Source of the DNA: an uncultured cyanobacterium
GTDB lineage: Bacteria > Cyanobacteriota > Cyanobacteriia > Leptolyngbyales > Leptolyngbyaceae
Direction: 5' to 3'
Length of the DNA stretch: 27,498 nucleotides
Assembly (NCBI GenBank): GCA_963766075.1
Contig: CAVYAN010000082.1
Span: 1 to 27,498 of the forward strand
Below the pieces are notes generated by a model. That model saw nothing but the letters and a program-made list of their open reading frames with translations, was not told the origin of the DNA and searched no databases. Below are positions 27,468 to 27,498 of this stretch, piece after piece (the first letter of the stretch is position 1; every line of letters begins with the position of its first letter). The translations under genes and the position numbers were made by a program.

Positions 27468-27498
27468 TGTGTCTGTCACCTATGAGTAGCGATTGCTT

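Larger units (their letters stand above)
18029..27498. mobile_element. tRNA-Thr-anchored genomic island (degenerate; right end not seen)
   Basis: Integrase and xis-like gene next to the tRNA, AT-richer sequence, IS remnants and accessory cargo. Confidence 0.75.

Noticed and set aside
18029..27498. attR repeat of the tRNA-Thr 3' end; prophage
   Set aside because: Only short GGTTCAA matches were found; no structural or replication genes.

Overview
Cyanobacterial chromosomal window; the HIP1 octamer GCGATCGC is frequent. Positions 1-18028 are core genome: the 3' part of an RND efflux permease, tRNA-Gly(TCC), xseA, recA (frameshifted in a G10 run), ubiD, a PRC-barrel gene, an Rpn/DUF2887 gene, smc, an HD hydrolase, map, argJ, hemL and tRNA-Thr(CGT). 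From 18029 to the end is a decaying island inserted at tRNA-Thr. It carries a tyrosine integrase with an in-frame amber stop, an excisionase-like gene and nested IS1/MITE/IS630 scars. Its cargo is a divergent PadR / Coq4-like pair with three palindromic operators, a Dyp peroxidase bracketed by a 17-bp inverted repeat, an orphan gene, a ~160-nt hairpin and integron attC-like sites. No attR is visible, so the island probably continues past the window. All calls were made by eye from motifs; no searches were run.
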